Assembly (NCBI GenBank): GCA_036446455.1
Contig: JAZFSZ010000098.1
Coordinates: 61-64,060, forward strand
DNA: 64,000 nt
DNA from: Acidiferrobacterales bacterium
GTDB taxonomy: Bacteria; Pseudomonadota; Gammaproteobacteria; Acidiferrobacterales; JAJDNE01
Direction of reading: 5' to 3'
The notes beneath the pieces were generated by a model. It was not told the DNA's origin. It saw nothing but the letters and a program-made list of their open reading frames with translations, and made no database searches. Below are positions 62,798-64,000 of this stretch, one piece after another (positions within the stretch are counted from its first letter, which is position 1; every line of letters starts with the position of its first letter). A program made the translations under genes and the position numbers.

Positions 62798-63709
62798 ATG
62801 TTCGGATTTAATCGCGCACTGTTGATATTTTTACTGATTTTTACCGTCGATGCCTTCGCCGCGATTGGTGTGTTAAGTGAAGTGGAGGGGGATGTGCAGA
62901 TACTGCGAGGTGATGCCTATTATGAAGGCGCCAAAGGCGTAGAGGTATACGAACAGGATATCATCGAAACCGCAGAGAATGCCTCAGTGCAGCTGGACAT
63001 GAACGACGGCTCCATCCTCAAGATAGCTGGCGACAGCCGTGTCATGCTTTCGGACTACAAGCTGGATGAAAAGGGAAACGTGGTCAACGCAGTAGTAGAT
63101 GTGATTACTGGCTGGTTGCGTTTCGCCGTTGCCAGAATCGAGGGCGCGGGTAAATACGAATTCAATAACCCGGTGATGACGATCGGTATTCGTGGTACCG
63201 AAGGCATTATCGAGGCAGGAAGGGAGCAGGGCGCATTACATCTGCTGGAAGGGCGTGTTGTTGCGTCGCAACGTGGTAGTGAAACCGGTTTGGCAAACAA
63301 GGCCGAGGTGCTCACTGCTGGTCAATATATTTCTCGCGAGCGGGGACAGGGAATCAGCCGTGCGGCGGGGGCACCCGCTCGATTTGCTGCACGTATGCCA
63401 GCGCGCATGCAGCATCGCCTGGCGCATCGCGCCCATCGCCTGGCGCATCGCGGGTTGAATCCGCGTCAGATCCGCCGTGTCACGCGGCGTGATGTACGGC
63501 GTCTACTCAAGAACCACCCGGGAATGAAGCATCGTCTCTGGCGTGGTTTCCAGCAGCACTGGAAAAACGACCCGGAAATCAAAGCAATGCTAGGGGCGCG
63601 AGCAAGGAAAATTATGCGAAATAATCCTGGCGCCGCACAGCAGATGAAGCGCAAAGCGATTCGTCAGAAGACATTTAGAAAACGCCGTATGTTGCGCCGC
63701 CGGCAATAA
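62798..63709 (+). CDS. Exported FecR-domain protein with highly basic C-terminal region
   Basis: The ATG at 62798 follows CAGGGGG (the ORF is open from 62738). 303 aa. Signal peptide [21 protein letters not shown]. FecR-like beta-rich region (GDVQILRGD...[33 protein letters not shown]...IGIRGTEGI). The last ~115 aa are Arg/Lys/His-rich. Confidence 0.7.
   Translation: MFGFNRALLIFLLIFTVDAFAAIGVLSEVEGDVQILRGDAYYEGAKGVEVYEQDIIETAENASVQLDMNDGSILKIAGDSRVMLSDYKLDEKGNVVNAVVDVITGWLRFAVARIEGAGKYEFNNPVMTIGIRGTEGIIEAGREQGALHLLEGRVVASQRGSETGLANKAEVLTAGQYISRERGQGISRAAGAPARFAARMPARMQHRLAHRAHRLAHRGLNPRQIRRVTRRDVRRLLKNHPGMKHRLWRGFQQHWKNDPEIKAMLGARARKIMRNNPGAAQQMKRKAIRQKTFRKRRMLRRRQ
63413..63454 (+). repeat. 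In-frame 21-nt tandem duplication inside the FecR-domain gene
   Basis: CATCGCCTGGCGCATCGCG occurs at 63413-63431 and again at 63434-63452 (period 21 nt). It encodes [14 protein letters not shown]. Confidence 0.85.
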
Positions 63710-64000
63710 TGCTCAAGTCAATGCACGCTGATATCACCACACTCGAAGTCGATGCCATCGTCAACGCTGCCAATGAATCGCTGCTCGGCGGTGGCGGTGT
63801 CGACGGTGCTATTCATCGCGCAGCGGGTCCGGGTCTACTGAAGAGCTGTCGCGCATTGGGTGGCTGTCCCGCCGGCGAGGCGAGGATGACGCCGGGCTTC
63901 AACTTGCCGGCAAAACATGTCATCCATACCGTCGGCCCGGTTTACCATGGCGGTCAGCACGGCGAACCGGCGTTGCTGGCCAATTGCTATCGCAATTCAC
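63709..64000 (+). CDS. Macro-domain protein (YmdB-type O-acetyl-ADP-ribose deacetylase), 3' end outside window
   Basis: The ATG at 63709 overlaps the upstream TAA (TAATG). The translation [44 protein letters not shown]...VIHTVGPVY carries the macro-domain signature. The reading frame is still open at the window end. Confidence 0.85.
   Translation, partial: MLKSMHADITTLEVDAIVNAANESLLGGGGVDGAIHRAAGPGLLKSCRALGGCPAGEARMTPGFNLPAKHVIHTVGPVYHGGQHGEPALLANCYRNS

Overview
This 64-kb window is a densely packed proteobacterial chromosomal segment, and almost all of it is conserved housekeeping genes. I call 72 CDS (two cut by the window edges) and 2 tRNAs, plus a few hairpins/terminators, one promoter candidate and one short in-gene tandem repeat.

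Gene order, left to right:
- TPR'-lolB-ispE-tRNAGln-prs-rplY-pth-ychF, then tRNA(CAT)
- a Sel1-repeat gene on the minus strand
- miaB-phoH-ybeY-corC-lnt
- leuS-lptE-holA
- proA-nadD-rsfS-rlmH
- maf-rng-yhdP, a small exported ORF, a C-N hydrolase, mgtE and a small WYL-like ORF
- a 13-gene minus-strand array: kdsD-kdsC-lptC-lptA-lptB-rpoN-hpf-ptsN-hprK-rapZ-EIIA(Man)-ptsH-ptsI
- a DUF72-like ORF
- mlaFEDCB, an ABC-2 exporter pair, ibaG-grxD
- murA-hisGDC-hisBHAFIE-tatABC
- an exported DUF255 thioredoxin-fold protein, then degS/algW on the minus strand
- petABC-sspAB
- a FecR-domain protein and a macro-domain gene that runs off the 3' edge

The lolB-ychF and kdsD-rpoN-ptsN blocks resemble Pseudomonas-type Gammaproteobacteria. 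hprK and the contiguous mla-murA-his-tat-pet-ssp block recall Betaproteobacteria or basal Gammaproteobacteria as far as I remember those genomes. I cannot identify the organism from the sequence alone.

I found no rRNA, CRISPR array, transposase, integrase, phage gene, toxin-antitoxin pair or recognisable defence gene. I also did not find a convincing novel multi-gene system, so this is essentially a core-genome region.

The items most worth a second look:
1. The EIIA(Man)-family protein of the permease-less regulatory PTS has Thr where the phospho-accepting His is expected.
2. A 794-bp gene-free gap next to the tRNA(CAT)/Sel1 locus, with a 12-nt direct repeat and a 41-codon ORF.
3. An exported FecR-domain protein with a very basic C-terminal tail and an in-frame 21-nt tandem repeat, start/stop-overlapped with the macro-domain gene.
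4. A stand-alone WYL-like small protein abutting ptsI.
5. An LptC about 50 residues shorter than the E. coli protein.

All family assignments come from motif and synteny recognition by eye. No database search was run.
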